Shown here: piece after piece, positions 19,749 to 29,138 of the stretch | Layout of the letters: every line of letters starts with the position of its first letter | Position numbering within the stretch: position 1 is the stretch's first letter | NCBI GenBank assembly: GCA_035258605.1 | Contig: DATFXD010000160.1 | Span: 78 to 64,077, forward strand | Length of the DNA stretch: 64,000 nt | DNA from: Hyphomicrobiaceae bacterium | GTDB lineage: Bacteria; Pseudomonadota; Alphaproteobacteria; Rhizobiales; Hyphomicrobiaceae | Reading direction: 5' to 3' | The notes under the pieces: model-generated | What the model was told of the DNA's origin: nothing | What the model saw: only the letters and a program-made list of their open reading frames with translations | The model's database searches: none | Made by a program: the position numbers and the translations under genes

Positions 19749-20450
19749 ATGCTGCGCGAGATTGTGATCGACACCGAAACCACCGGCCTCGATGCGCTAA
19801 ATGGCGATCGCCTGATCGAAATCGGTTGCGTCGAGATCATCAATCGCATTCCGACCGGCCGGGAGTTTCACGTCTATCTCAACCCGGACCGCGAGGTTAA
19901 TCGCGAGGCGGCCGAGGTGCATGGCCTCAGCACTCAGTTCTTGGCCGATAAGCCGCGGTTCAAGGATGTGGCCCAAGAGTTGTTGGCCTTCCTCGGCGAG
20001 GCGCCGCTGGTGGCCCACAACGCCAGCTTCGATCTGGGCTTCCTCAACGCCGAGCTTGCCCGCCTGTCACAGCCGCCGTTGGCCGCCGAACGCATGGTCG
20101 ACACCTTGTTATTGGCGCGGCGCAAGCATCCGGCTGGCCCCAACAGCCTCGACGCCCTGTGCAAGCGTTACGGCATCGACAATTCGGCGCGGGCTTTGCA
20201 CGGCGCGCTGCTCGATTCGCTGCTGCTTGCCGCGGTCTATGTGGAGTTGCTGGGTGAACGACAGGCGACCTTGGGGTTTGACGTGTCCGAGCTTGGCGAC
20301 CAGCCAAGCCGCAGCCCCGCCAAGCTGGCGGCCCAACGCCCGGTGCCGCTCCCACCGCGCCTCACGGCGGAGGAGGAAGGGGCGCATCTGCGGTTCGTCA
20401 AGACGCTCGGGTCCAACCCGCTGTGGCTCGGCTACCTGGCGGTAACCTGA
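19749..20450 (+). CDS. dnaQ: DNA polymerase III epsilon subunit (3'-5' exonuclease)
   Basis: Exo I REIVIDTETTGLD, Exo II LVAHNASFDLGFL and Exo III HGALLDSLLLAAVY. Confidence 0.92.
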   Translation: MLREIVIDTETTGLDALNGDRLIEIGCVEIINRIPTGREFHVYLNPDREVNREAAEVHGLSTQFLADKPRFKDVAQELLAFLGEAPLVAHNASFDLGFLNAELARLSQPPLAAERMVDTLLLARRKHPAGPNSLDALCKRYGIDNSARALHGALLDSLLLAAVYVELLGERQATLGFDVSELGDQPSRSPAKLAAQRPVPLPPRLTAEEEGAHLRFVKTLGSNPLWLGYLAVT

Positions 20451-20496
20451 GCACCGGCCCGCGCCAGGGGCTGGGAGCCAGATGCGGCGGCCAGCC

Positions 20497-20997
20497 TCAA
20501 TTGGTGTTGGCCTGCTGGCCTTCCTTTTCCTTTTGTTTGCGGGCGATGAATAGGCTGGCGAAGTCGATCGGGTCGAGCAACAGCGGCGGGAAGCCGCCCT
20601 CGCGGGTGATGTCCGACACCAGGCGGCGCAAAAACGGGAACAGCAGGGCCGGGCAATTTACCAATAGGAAGGGCTCAAGGGAGTCCTCCGGCATGCCCTC
20701 GATCTGGAACAGACCGGCGTAGGACAGCTCCATGTCATAGATGACGGCGTCATTGCTGGTGGCTTCGGCCTTGAAATGAATGGTGCTCTCGTAGGCCTTG
20801 TCACCCAATTTGGCGGCGTTGACGTTGACCTCGACGCGCAGGTTGGGCTTTTCGGGGGGGCTGGTCAAAAGTTTGTCGACGTTGGGGTTCTCGAACGACA
20901 AATCCTTGATGTATTGGCCCCCGACGCGCACCTGGACCGATTGACCGGCAGCGGCCCCCGCGGGCTTGCCGTCGCCGGCATTTTCAGTTTCAGCCAT
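20497..20997 (-). CDS. secB: Protein-export chaperone SecB
   Basis: YIKDLSFENPN and CPALLFPFLRRLVSDITREGGFPPLLLDPIDF. ATG at 20997. Confidence 0.9.
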   Translation of the reverse strand: MAETENAGDGKPAGAAAGQSVQVRVGGQYIKDLSFENPNVDKLLTSPPEKPNLRVEVNVNAAKLGDKAYESTIHFKAEATSNDAVIYDMELSYAGLFQIEGMPEDSLEPFLLVNCPALLFPFLRRLVSDITREGGFPPLLLDPIDFASLFIARKQKEKEGQQANTN

Positions 20998-21295
20998 GAT
21001 TTGTTCCCTCCAGGTTGCCGTCGTGATGGGCGGCGCGCGAGCCACGGGGCATCAACCGGCGCCCGGTCAAGCCGCCGTCGTCCTTTCACCGCCCTGACAG
21101 CATGCAGGGACACCCTCGTCAAGGGCGCGATCGTCGAAAGGCCGAGCCTGGTTGGCTTCAACCCCGCAATGGCCTAAGATTTGATCGCGGCAGCGGGAAC
21201 TTGGCGCTTCACCGGAACCGGGGGGCCGGGTCTGGTTGTCGCAGGCCTGGCAACCTACATGAGCGGGTTGAGGCGCTGGCTCGAAAGCTTTGGCA

Positions 21296-22042
21296 ATGGA
21301 TGGCAAAATCGACGCGGTAACCCTTATTTTCCTCGTCTTGGCGGTGGTGGTTTTCCTCAAGCTGCGCAGTGTGCTCGGGCGGCGGACGGGGCAAGAAGAA
21401 TCGCGCATTGAGCGTTATCGGGCGCAGCGGGAGGCCAGCCAGCGCAACGGCAAGGTGCCGGCGCAGGAGAAAGTGGTCACCTTGCCGCGGCGCGAGCGCG
21501 ATGAGTATGAAACCGCGCCCATGGCCGATAACAGCAAGGTGCGCAGCGATCTGGAGGAGCGCGTCAAGGGTCTCGCCGGCGACAATACCAGCATCGCCAC
21601 CGGCCTGCTGGCGATCGTCGATGCCGATCCCAGCTTTGACCCCGATCAGTTCCTCAAGGGCGCGCGGGCGGCCTACGAGATCATCGTAACGGCATTTGCC
21701 GAGGGCAACCGCAAAACGCTGAAGGACCTGCTCAGCCGCGATGTGCACGACGGCTTCGTCGGTGCCATTGCCGAGCGCGAATCCCGCGGCGAGCAGGTCG
21801 ATCAAAGCTTTGTCGGCATCAAGGGGGCAGACATCGTCGAGGCCGAGCTCAAGAGCGGCGTGGCCCAGGTCACCGTCAAATTCGTGAGCGAATTGATCTC
21901 CGCCACCCGCGATCGGGCCGGCGAGGTGATCACCGGCGACCCCAAGCGCATCAAAGAAGTGACGGACATTTGGACCTTTGCCCGCGAGGTCAGCTCGCGC
22001 AATCCGAACTGGAAATTGATCGCCACCCAAGCCGCAAATTAG
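21296..22042 (+). CDS. Tim44-like domain membrane protein
   Basis: N-terminal TM helix (VTLIFLVLAVVVFLKL) and a C-terminal Tim44-type domain (FLKGARAAYEIIVTAFAEGNRKTLKDLLS...IWTFAREVSSRNPNWKLIATQ). 21290 is a TTG; the ATG is at 21296. Confidence 0.8.
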   Translation: MDGKIDAVTLIFLVLAVVVFLKLRSVLGRRTGQEESRIERYRAQREASQRNGKVPAQEKVVTLPRRERDEYETAPMADNSKVRSDLEERVKGLAGDNTSIATGLLAIVDADPSFDPDQFLKGARAAYEIIVTAFAEGNRKTLKDLLSRDVHDGFVGAIAERESRGEQVDQSFVGIKGADIVEAELKSGVAQVTVKFVSELISATRDRAGEVITGDPKRIKEVTDIWTFAREVSSRNPNWKLIATQAAN

Positions 22043-22093
22043 CCGCAACCGAGAGGCAGGCAGGGGGCAGTTGCGATTGGGGGACATGCGCGC

Positions 22094-23365
22094 TTGCGGA
22101 CCTTGGGGAGCTCTCGACGTTGGAGGCTCGTGGTCGCCTCTGTGCTGGCCGGCCTGGCGGCGCCGGTCGAGGCGGCCCCCAACCAGAAGCAGTCGGGCGC
22201 CGGCATGAAAGCGGGATCGGTCGCATACCAGCCGCTCAGCTATTCGGAAATCCCCGGCTGGGAGCGGGATGATCACGCCGCGGCGCTGAAGGCGTTCCAG
22301 AAATCCTGCGAGCGCGTGCTGGCGGCCGCGCGCGAGCGCACCAGCGCCGACAAGCTCGCGCCGCCACCACCGGGGCTGATCGAGGCGTGCACGGCGGCGC
22401 AGAAGCTGCCGGCCGCGGTCGGCAAAACCCAGGCGAAGCTGTTTTTTGAACGCCACTTTGTGCCGAACCGGCTCAGCCATGCCGGACCGCAAGGCCTGGT
22501 CACGGGCTATTACGAGCCCCTGATCGAGGGATCGCGCAAGCCCGAAGGTCGGTTTCAGACGCCGACCTACCGGCGGCCGCCGGACCTCGTCAATTTGGTC
22601 GACGAGACCGAGCGGGCGGTCAGCGGCCAAACGCTCACGCATGCGCGCAAGACCGAAAAGGGCATCGAACCCTATTTCACCCGTGCCGAAATCGATGGCG
22701 GCTCGCTCAAGGGCAAGGGTTTGGAGCTCGTCTATGTCGCCGATCCGGTCGACCTGTTCTTCATGCAGATCCAGGGTTCGGGTCGCGTCAAGCTCACCGA
22801 TGGCTCGATCATTCGCCTGCACTATGATGGCAAGAACGGCCATCCCTATAGTTCGATCGGGCGCTATCTGATTGAAAAGGGCATCCTAGCCGCCGACAAG
22901 ATGTCGCTTTCCGCCCTGTCAAATTGGCTGAAAGCCGATCCCGAGCGCGGCAAGAAAATCATGTGGCAGAACGCCTCCTACGTGTTTTTCCGCGAGCTCA
23001 AAGGCAGCGAGGCCGGCGCCGCCCGCGGCGCCATGAATGCGCCGCTGACCGCAGGCCGCAGCCTTGCCGTCGATACCGCCTTCCACGTGCTGGGGTCGCC
23101 GATCTTTGTCAACGGCAGCGACATGTTGCACGTCGACAAGTCCGGGTCGTTCAATCGGCTGATGATTGCCCAAGACGTTGGCTCGGCCATCCGCGGCCCG
23201 GAGCGCGGCGACATTTACTTCGGCTCCGGGGACGCGGCTGGGCGCCTTGCCGGCGTCACCAAGCACGCCGCCAAGTTCATCGTGCTGTTGCCAAAGTCAC
23301 CTTCCGCCGAGGCTGAAACGGCGCCGAGCTTCGGCTTGACCACCGTGGTCAAGACCCGGCGATGA
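22094..23365 (+). CDS. mltA: Membrane-bound lytic murein transglycosylase A
   Basis: MltA/3D-domain blocks (GLVTGYYEP, FFMQIQGSGRV, YSSIGRYL, GRSLAVD, AQDVGSAIRGPERGDIYFG). Signal-like N-terminus with a TTG start at 22094. Confidence 0.88.
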   Translation: MRTLGSSRRWRLVVASVLAGLAAPVEAAPNQKQSGAGMKAGSVAYQPLSYSEIPGWERDDHAAALKAFQKSCERVLAAARERTSADKLAPPPPGLIEACTAAQKLPAAVGKTQAKLFFERHFVPNRLSHAGPQGLVTGYYEPLIEGSRKPEGRFQTPTYRRPPDLVNLVDETERAVSGQTLTHARKTEKGIEPYFTRAEIDGGSLKGKGLELVYVADPVDLFFMQIQGSGRVKLTDGSIIRLHYDGKNGHPYSSIGRYLIEKGILAADKMSLSALSNWLKADPERGKKIMWQNASYVFFRELKGSEAGAARGAMNAPLTAGRSLAVDTAFHVLGSPIFVNGSDMLHVDKSGSFNRLMIAQDVGSAIRGPERGDIYFGSGDAAGRLAGVTKHAAKFIVLLPKSPSAEAETAPSFGLTTVVKTRR

Positions 23366-23967
23366 TGCCGGCGGGACGTCGATCGGGGCGGGCGGGCCGC
23401 GTCGTCACCGACGATGAGGCTGAACTTTGGGCCGCGGCGACGCGCTCGCTCGAGCGCGTCCACGGCAAGCCGCGGGTCGGGTCCGCGGCAAGCGCTGCTG
23501 CCCCGCCCGGGGAGGCTCCAGCGCGGCGCCACGATGCCCCCGAGCCGCGACCGCAGCGCCCGGCCGGCGGTCCGGTCAAGACCGGTGGCGCGGCACCGCT
23601 GACGGCGCTCGACCGCCGGCAGGCGCGGCGCCTCGGAGCCGGCAAGGCCGAGATCGATGATCGCATCGACCTGCACGGCCTGCGCCAGGCCGAGGCGCAC
23701 GCCAGACTGCGGGCGTTTCTTCATCGTGCCTACGCCAAGGGGTTCAAGATCGTGCTGGTGATCACCGGCAAGGGCGCGCCGGCCGACGACGCCGATCACC
23801 TGCGCGCTGCCATGGGCGAGCGCCAGCCAGGGGTGCTGCGCCGCAACGTGCCGTTGTGGCTGGCGCAACCCGAGCTCAGCCCGATCGTGCTCAGCTACGG
23901 CGCCGCCGGCAACCGGCATGGCGGCAGCGGCGCCTTCTACGTGCGTTTGCGCAAAGCCAAGCGCTGA
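23362..23967 (+). CDS. Smr/MutS2-type small nuclease domain protein
   Basis: C-terminal Smr domain (IDLHGLRQAEAHARLRAFL...VLVITGKG...LRRNVPLWL). ATGA-type overlap with mltA. Confidence 0.8.
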   Translation: MMPAGRRSGRAGRVVTDDEAELWAAATRSLERVHGKPRVGSAASAAAPPGEAPARRHDAPEPRPQRPAGGPVKTGGAAPLTALDRRQARRLGAGKAEIDDRIDLHGLRQAEAHARLRAFLHRAYAKGFKIVLVITGKGAPADDADHLRAAMGERQPGVLRRNVPLWLAQPELSPIVLSYGAAGNRHGGSGAFYVRLRKAKR

Positions 23968-23979
23968 CCCTCAATCGGC

Positions 23980-24516
23980 TCAATTGCGCTGGCGCGAGAC
24001 GTTGGGCACATAACCTTCCGGCCCGCCTTCGTGCAAAGGCCGCGCGGCAAAACGCCCGAGCACCCGCATCCGGTCGTACATGACGATCGCCCCGGCCATC
24101 GCCAGATTGATCGAGAAGTTGCACGGGATGCGCACCACATAGTCGCACCGCGCGAGCACCGCATCCGATAAGGCGCCGCGCTCCGGTCCCAGCACATAGG
24201 CGGCACGCAACGGATGCTGAAACGACGGCAGATCAATCGCCCGGTCCGCCAGCTCGACGCCGACCAGACGGCAGCCCTGCGGCAGCACCAGTTCGGCAAT
24301 GCTCGCAACATTGTAGTGGGGCAGATGGTGGGTGCCCTTCGAGGTGTCGGAGCGCGCCTCCAGCGCCTGGTAGGCGGCGCCGATGGTGAAGGTAAAGCTG
24401 GCGCCAAATCCGTGCGCGGAGCGCAACAGATTGCCGAGGTTCAAAGCCTTGGAGATGCGCTCGGCGCCGATCGCAAAGTAGCCGCGGGCCGGCAGCGTTG
24501 GGAGGGGCTGGTGCAT
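23980..24516 (-). CDS. SpoU/TrmH-family RNA methyltransferase
   Basis: LGNLLRSAHGFGAS, AYVLGPERGALS and VRIPCNFSINLAMAGAIVMYD correspond to SPOUT motifs 1-3. Confidence 0.8.
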   Translation of the reverse strand: MHQPLPTLPARGYFAIGAERISKALNLGNLLRSAHGFGASFTFTIGAAYQALEARSDTSKGTHHLPHYNVASIAELVLPQGCRLVGVELADRAIDLPSFQHPLRAAYVLGPERGALSDAVLARCDYVVRIPCNFSINLAMAGAIVMYDRMRVLGRFAARPLHEGGPEGYVPNVSRQRN

Positions 24517-25098
24517 TTAGGGGACCCTGTCCATCAGCCTTGTAAGCCGAGGCGAGTTCCGCGACAAGTTGCCGGCGGCTTTGGCGTGGCATGGCACACC
24601 TTGCCACCACCGCGACCATGGCAACGCTGGCCAATCCGCTGCTGCAACGGGCGGGCACCAAAACATGCCGCTGGCGGCCGGCTCGTCGCCGGCGATCTCG
24701 GGGCAATCGTCGCACGAGCCCGCTTGCGCGCCCATCCCGATCGCCGCATTGCCTGGAGATCTCCGACGAGACCTGATCACGATGGCGGCGATCCCGGCCA
24801 TCGCCTACTTCAGTGTGCTGATCATGCGGGGCAATGCCGCCAACGCTGCTGGGCTTTACCGTCCGGGGCCGGGTATTGCGCACGTGCACGGCAGTGGCGA
24901 GCATTGGTGATGGCCACCGACGTCTCGCTCGCGTTTTCCGCCGCTGGTGGCGGCCGCGCTCGGTCTGGCCCACCTCAAGCTTTCCTCTGCGCGCCGCCAA
25001 TGCCTTTGTGCTTGCAGCCACGGCAGCGCTGATGCAATGGATGTGGCGCGCGCCCCCGCGGGCAAGCGCGTCCTGCGTCACGCGTTGGAGTGGTTGCC

Positions 25099-25884
25099 AT
25101 GCAGCTCAACAACAGCATCGCCGCCGTCGTCACCGGCGGGGCGTCCGGTTTGGGAGCTGCCACCGCCCGGGCGCTGGCGGCGAAAGGCGTCAAGGTCGCC
25201 GTGCTCGATGTCAATGCCGAGGCCGGCGAGCGCACTGCCAAGGAGCTTGGCGGCGTGTTTGCCGCCTGCGACGTCACCAGCGAGGCCAGTGTCGATCAGG
25301 CGCTGGCGGCGGCACGGCAGGCGCACGGACAAGAACGCATCCTCGTCAATTGTGCCGGTATTGGCATTGCCAAGCGCATTTCCCGCCGCAGCAAGGACAG
25401 CACGGCCATCGAGCCGCACGACCTCGCCAGTTTCAAGAAGGTGATCGAGGTCAATCTGATCGGCACCTTTTTGATGATGTCGAGGTCGGCGATTGGCATG
25501 CAGGCAACCGCTGCCAGCAACCAGGATGGCGAGCGCGGTGTGATGATTTTGACCTCGTCGGTGGCGGCCCAGGACGGCCAGATCGGCCAGGTCGCCTACT
25601 CGGCATCCAAGGGCGGCGTCGCCGCCATGACCTTGCCGGTGGCACGCGACTTGTCGCGCGACGGCATTCGCGTCGTCACCATCATGCCGGGTCTGTTCCT
25701 GACGCCGATGTTTGCCGGCCTGTCGGAAGAGGCGCAGCGATCGCTGGCGGCCTCAGTGCCATTTCCCTCGCGGCTCGGTCATCCGGATGAGTACGCGGCG
25801 CTGGCCGTACACATCTGCGAAAATCCCATGCTCAACGGCGAATGCATCCGGCTTGACGGCTCGCTGCGCATGGCGCCGCGCTAG
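25099..25884 (+). CDS. SDR, 3-hydroxyacyl-CoA dehydrogenase type-2-like
   Basis: TGGASGLG cofactor motif, YSASKGGVAAMTLPVARDL catalytic YxxxK, and C-terminal LNGECIRLDGSLRM. GGAG lies 8 nt upstream of ATG 25099. Confidence 0.85.
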   Translation: MQLNNSIAAVVTGGASGLGAATARALAAKGVKVAVLDVNAEAGERTAKELGGVFAACDVTSEASVDQALAAARQAHGQERILVNCAGIGIAKRISRRSKDSTAIEPHDLASFKKVIEVNLIGTFLMMSRSAIGMQATAASNQDGERGVMILTSSVAAQDGQIGQVAYSASKGGVAAMTLPVARDLSRDGIRVVTIMPGLFLTPMFAGLSEEAQRSLAASVPFPSRLGHPDEYAALAVHICENPMLNGECIRLDGSLRMAPR

Positions 25885-26020
25885 GCGGCGCAGCCTGCCT
25901 CCCAGGTCGCATTCAGACAAAATTGGCAAACGTCCCGCATAAAGACGGGGAGGCTGCGCCGAACGTTGGCCACCGCCCGGCGCTCCGCCGATGTGCCCCG
26001 CCCGCTGGGAGCGCTCGCTC

Positions 26021-26590
26021 ATGCCGTCGCGCGTTGCCGTGGCAAGTCTACTGTTGGCGCTGGCGGCGACCGGCCCCGAGGCGCACGCGCAATATTTCAG
26101 GCAGCGACCCTTCTGGATGGCGCCGGGTGGCGCCGGCCTCGGTCCGGGCACGGTCGGGCCGGACCCCTTTACCGCCTACGCCACGCCGGGGGATGGCCGC
26201 GACCGCCAGGGTACCGGCGAAGATGGCCAAACCTACCGCACCTTGTGCGTGCGGTTGTGCGACGGCTTTTATTTCCCGATCAGCTTTGCCACGCGCGCCA
26301 GCGGCTTTTCCCGCGATGCCGAGCACTGCGCGGCGAGCTGCGGTGCGCAGGCGCGGCTCTATGTTCATCTCAACCCCGGCGGCAGCATCGAAACCATGCG
26401 CGATAGCGCGGGCCGCGCCTATAGCGCCCTGGCGACCGCGTTCCAGTATCGGACCGCCTTGGTGGCGGGCTGCAGCTGCCGGCCGAGCGTCGGCGGCAGG
26501 GACGCGCAAGCCCGGCGGCCGCAACCGCTCCGCCCGGTCGTTTCCAGTCCAGAGCCCGAGCCGGGTCGTCCGCCTACCACCAGGCCTTGA
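26021..26590 (+). CDS. DUF2865 domain secreted protein
   Basis: Signal peptide MPSRVAVASLLLALAATGPEAHA followed by YRTLCVRLCDGFYFPISF...C..SC, characteristic of DUF2865. An upstream ATG at 25991 is also possible. Confidence 0.7.
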   Translation: MPSRVAVASLLLALAATGPEAHAQYFRQRPFWMAPGGAGLGPGTVGPDPFTAYATPGDGRDRQGTGEDGQTYRTLCVRLCDGFYFPISFATRASGFSRDAEHCAASCGAQARLYVHLNPGGSIETMRDSAGRAYSALATAFQYRTALVAGCSCRPSVGGRDAQARRPQPLRPVVSSPEPEPGRPPTTRP

Positions 26591-26617
26591 GGGCGCGTAA
26601 CCCGCGACCGCGGCCCG

Positions 26618-26908
26618 TCAGCCGGCGATGCGATCCATCGCTTCCGCCAAGGTCAGATCGAGCTCGGTCAAGCCGCCGGCATCGTGCGTCGACAAGGTCA
26701 CCTCGACCCGGTTCCAAACATTGCGCCATTCCGGGTGATGGTTCATCTGCTCGGCCACCAGCGCCGTTCGGGCCATGAATCCGAAGGCCTCGTTGAAGTC
26801 CTTGAACGCGAACGTCCGTTGGATGGCGTCGCGGCCGGCAACCAGCTGCCACTGGGGCAACCGTTGTGCCAGTGCGTGCCGCGCGGCAGCGTCGAGTTTT
26901 TTGGCCAT
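26618..26908 (-). CDS. 4a-hydroxytetrahydrobiopterin dehydratase (PCD/DCoH)
   Basis: 96 aa containing [42 protein letters not shown]. Confidence 0.88.
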   Translation of the reverse strand: MAKKLDAAARHALAQRLPQWQLVAGRDAIQRTFAFKDFNEAFGFMARTALVAEQMNHHPEWRNVWNRVEVTLSTHDAGGLTELDLTLAEAMDRIAG

Positions 26909-27100
26909 GGCGTGCTCCTTTACCTGCGTGCGGGCGAGGCCAGCGGCTGATGGAAAGTGGCACTTGCCGCCCCACGAGCAACCCCGCTGGGCATGACGTC
27001 AAGCGCGCCACAGGCCTCTTGAATACTGATCTCGCTGCTGGTCTGGGGCCTTGTTGCCCACGACCTTGGCGCCCACGGGTGTTCGATTTTGCACCTCCCG

Positions 27101-27658
27101 TTAGCCGGCACCCAAGCTCAGGGCCGGGGCCAAAGGATAGGCTTCCTCGAGCGCGTAGGGTGGGCCACCGGAGCCCGGTCGCGCCGACAGCAAGACGAAA
27201 CGGCTGGCCACGAACGGCATCAGCCGCAGGGCCCCGTTCTCCTGCAAAAAGCGGGCGGCGGCCCGCGGCCGCACCCCGCGCGCCCGCGCCAAGGTGACGT
27301 GCGGCTTGAAGGGACGCGGATCGGCCTCCAGCCCAACCGCGCGCGCGGCACGCTCGTTGGCGCGGTAGAGCTCCTCAAGCGCCACACCGCCGTCCACGCC
27401 CGCCCACAACACGCGCGCCTCGCGGCCGGCAAAGGCGCCGACCCCGGCGACCGTGATTGGCAGCGGCTCGGCCCTGATGTCGTGCAGGCGATCGGCGAAG
27501 TCGTCGGCGGTGCGCTCGTCAATGTCGCCGGCAAAGCGGAGCGTGATGTGCATGTTGTCGGCTTCGACCCACTTGGCGCCATTGATCGGGGCGCGGATCA
27601 GCGACAGGTGCAAACGCAGCGGTTCGGGGAGTTCAAGCGCGGTGAACAGGCGTGGCAT
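27101..27658 (-). CDS. thpR: RNA 2',3'-cyclic phosphodiesterase (2H family, LigT/ThpR)
   Basis: Two HxT/S motifs: HITLRF and HVTLAR. Confidence 0.85.
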   Translation of the reverse strand: MPRLFTALELPEPLRLHLSLIRAPINGAKWVEADNMHITLRFAGDIDERTADDFADRLHDIRAEPLPITVAGVGAFAGREARVLWAGVDGGVALEELYRANERAARAVGLEADPRPFKPHVTLARARGVRPRAAARFLQENGALRLMPFVASRFVLLSARPGSGGPPYALEEAYPLAPALSLGAG

Positions 27659-27660
27659 GT

Positions 27661-28362
27661 CTAGCCCTTCGAGGCGGCGGCCCGGTGGCTGCGCACGCGA
27701 TCGATCAGCTGCTCGACCGCCGGCATTATGCGCTGCACGATTTCGGCAACGCCGCTGCTGTTGGGATGCAGACCATCGCCGAGATTGAATTGTGCCTTCA
27801 GCGCGATGCCATCGAGAAAGAACGGGTACAGAATGAGCCCATGCTTTTGCGCCAGCGCCGGATAGATGGCGTCGAAGGCTTGACCGTAGCTCTCGCCCAG
27901 GTTGCGCGGCGCCAGCATGCCGGCGAGCAGGACCTCGGCACCCCCGGCCTTGAGCTCGCTAATAATCTTGTCGAGGTTCGACTTGGCCTGGGCGGGATCA
28001 AGTCCACGCAGGGCATCGTTGGCGCCGAGCTCGAGGATTACCGCGTCGGTTCCCGGCGGCACCGCCCAGGCGACACGGTCGCGGCCGGCTGCCGTGGTAT
28101 CGCCCGAAACACCTGCATTGATGACTTCAACTGCGTGACCCTGGGCTTGGAGCGCGCGTTCGAGCTGTGCCGGGAAGGCGTCGGAGGCTTTGAGCTGGAA
28201 GCCCGCCACAAGGCTGTCACCCAGCACGACGATCCGCGTTGGCGGCGGCTGAGCCACGGGTTGCGCCAGCGCCAAGGTGGCCGCCGCTACAATCAGGCAA
28301 TTGCACAGGAGAGCGCGAAGCACCATCTTCAACAGCCTCGCGTTCGCTGGCACTGTCGACAT
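27661..28362 (-). CDS. SGNH/GDSL arylesterase-lysophospholipase (TesA-like), secreted
   Basis: Signal peptide, then VVLGDSL (block I), GANDALRG, and DGLHPNSSG (block V). It is divergent from an ABC ATPase/permease pair, as in the E. coli tesA-ybbA-ybbP locus. Confidence 0.85.
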   Translation of the reverse strand: MSTVPANARLLKMVLRALLCNCLIVAAATLALAQPVAQPPPTRIVVLGDSLVAGFQLKASDAFPAQLERALQAQGHAVEVINAGVSGDTTAAGRDRVAWAVPPGTDAVILELGANDALRGLDPAQAKSNLDKIISELKAGGAEVLLAGMLAPRNLGESYGQAFDAIYPALAQKHGLILYPFFLDGIALKAQFNLGDGLHPNSSGVAEIVQRIMPAVEQLIDRVRSHRAAASKG

Positions 28363-28448
28363 CCTTTGGGCAACCTGTTTGCTTCAGCACTGACGTAGAA
28401 GTTCGCCGGGCCGGCGACAAGGCCTTCCGGAGTGGAGCTCGCTCGATT

Positions 28449-29138
28449 GTGGCTAACTACGTGATTTCGCTAAGCAACGTCGATCTGACACTGCGCAGCC
28501 GGGCGGGCCCGGTGCCGATCCTGCGCAAGGTCGCGCTCAACATCGCCGCAGCCGAGTCGGTGGCCATCATCGGCCCGAGCGGATCCGGCAAGACCTCGCT
28601 GCTGATGGTGATCGCCGGGCTCGAGCGCGCCACCGCCGGGGTGGTGACCGTGGCCGGACACGACCTGACCCGGCTCGATGAGGATCAGCTGGCCGTGGTC
28701 CGTGGCGCCAACATCGGCATCGTGTTTCAGGCATTCCACCTGGTCTCCACCATGACGGCGCTTGAAAACGTCGCCCTGCCGCTCGAGTTTGCTGGCCAGG
28801 CCGATGCCTTCGAGCGCGCGCGCGAGCTGCTGGCCGAAGTCGGTCTGGCGCAGCGTGCCGATCATTTCCCGGCGCAACTCTCCGGCGGCGAGCAGCAGCG
28901 CGTCGCCATCGCTCGGGCGCTGTGCCCGCGGCCACAGATCATTCTCGCCGACGAGCCGACCGGCAATCTCGACGGCAAGACCGGGGCGCAGGTCGTCGAT
29001 CTGTTGTTTGATCTGCAACGACGCCGGCTGTCGACGCTTCTGCTGGTGACACACGACCCGGATCTGGCCCGCCGTTGCAGCCGTGTTGTGCGCATCGACG
29101 ACGGCGCAATTGCCGCGCCGGAGCTCGTGTCGGCATGA
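28449..29138 (+). CDS. ABC transporter ATP-binding protein (YbbA/LolD-like)
   Basis: Walker A GPSGSGKTSLL, signature LSGGEQQRVAIARAL and Walker B ILADEPTGNLD. Start is GTG 28449 or GTG 28461; the longer ORF would overlap the divergent tesA-like gene. Confidence 0.88.
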   Translation: MANYVISLSNVDLTLRSRAGPVPILRKVALNIAAAESVAIIGPSGSGKTSLLMVIAGLERATAGVVTVAGHDLTRLDEDQLAVVRGANIGIVFQAFHLVSTMTALENVALPLEFAGQADAFERARELLAEVGLAQRADHFPAQLSGGEQQRVAIARALCPRPQIILADEPTGNLDGKTGAQVVDLLFDLQRRRLSTLLLVTHDPDLARRCSRVVRIDDGAIAAPELVSA

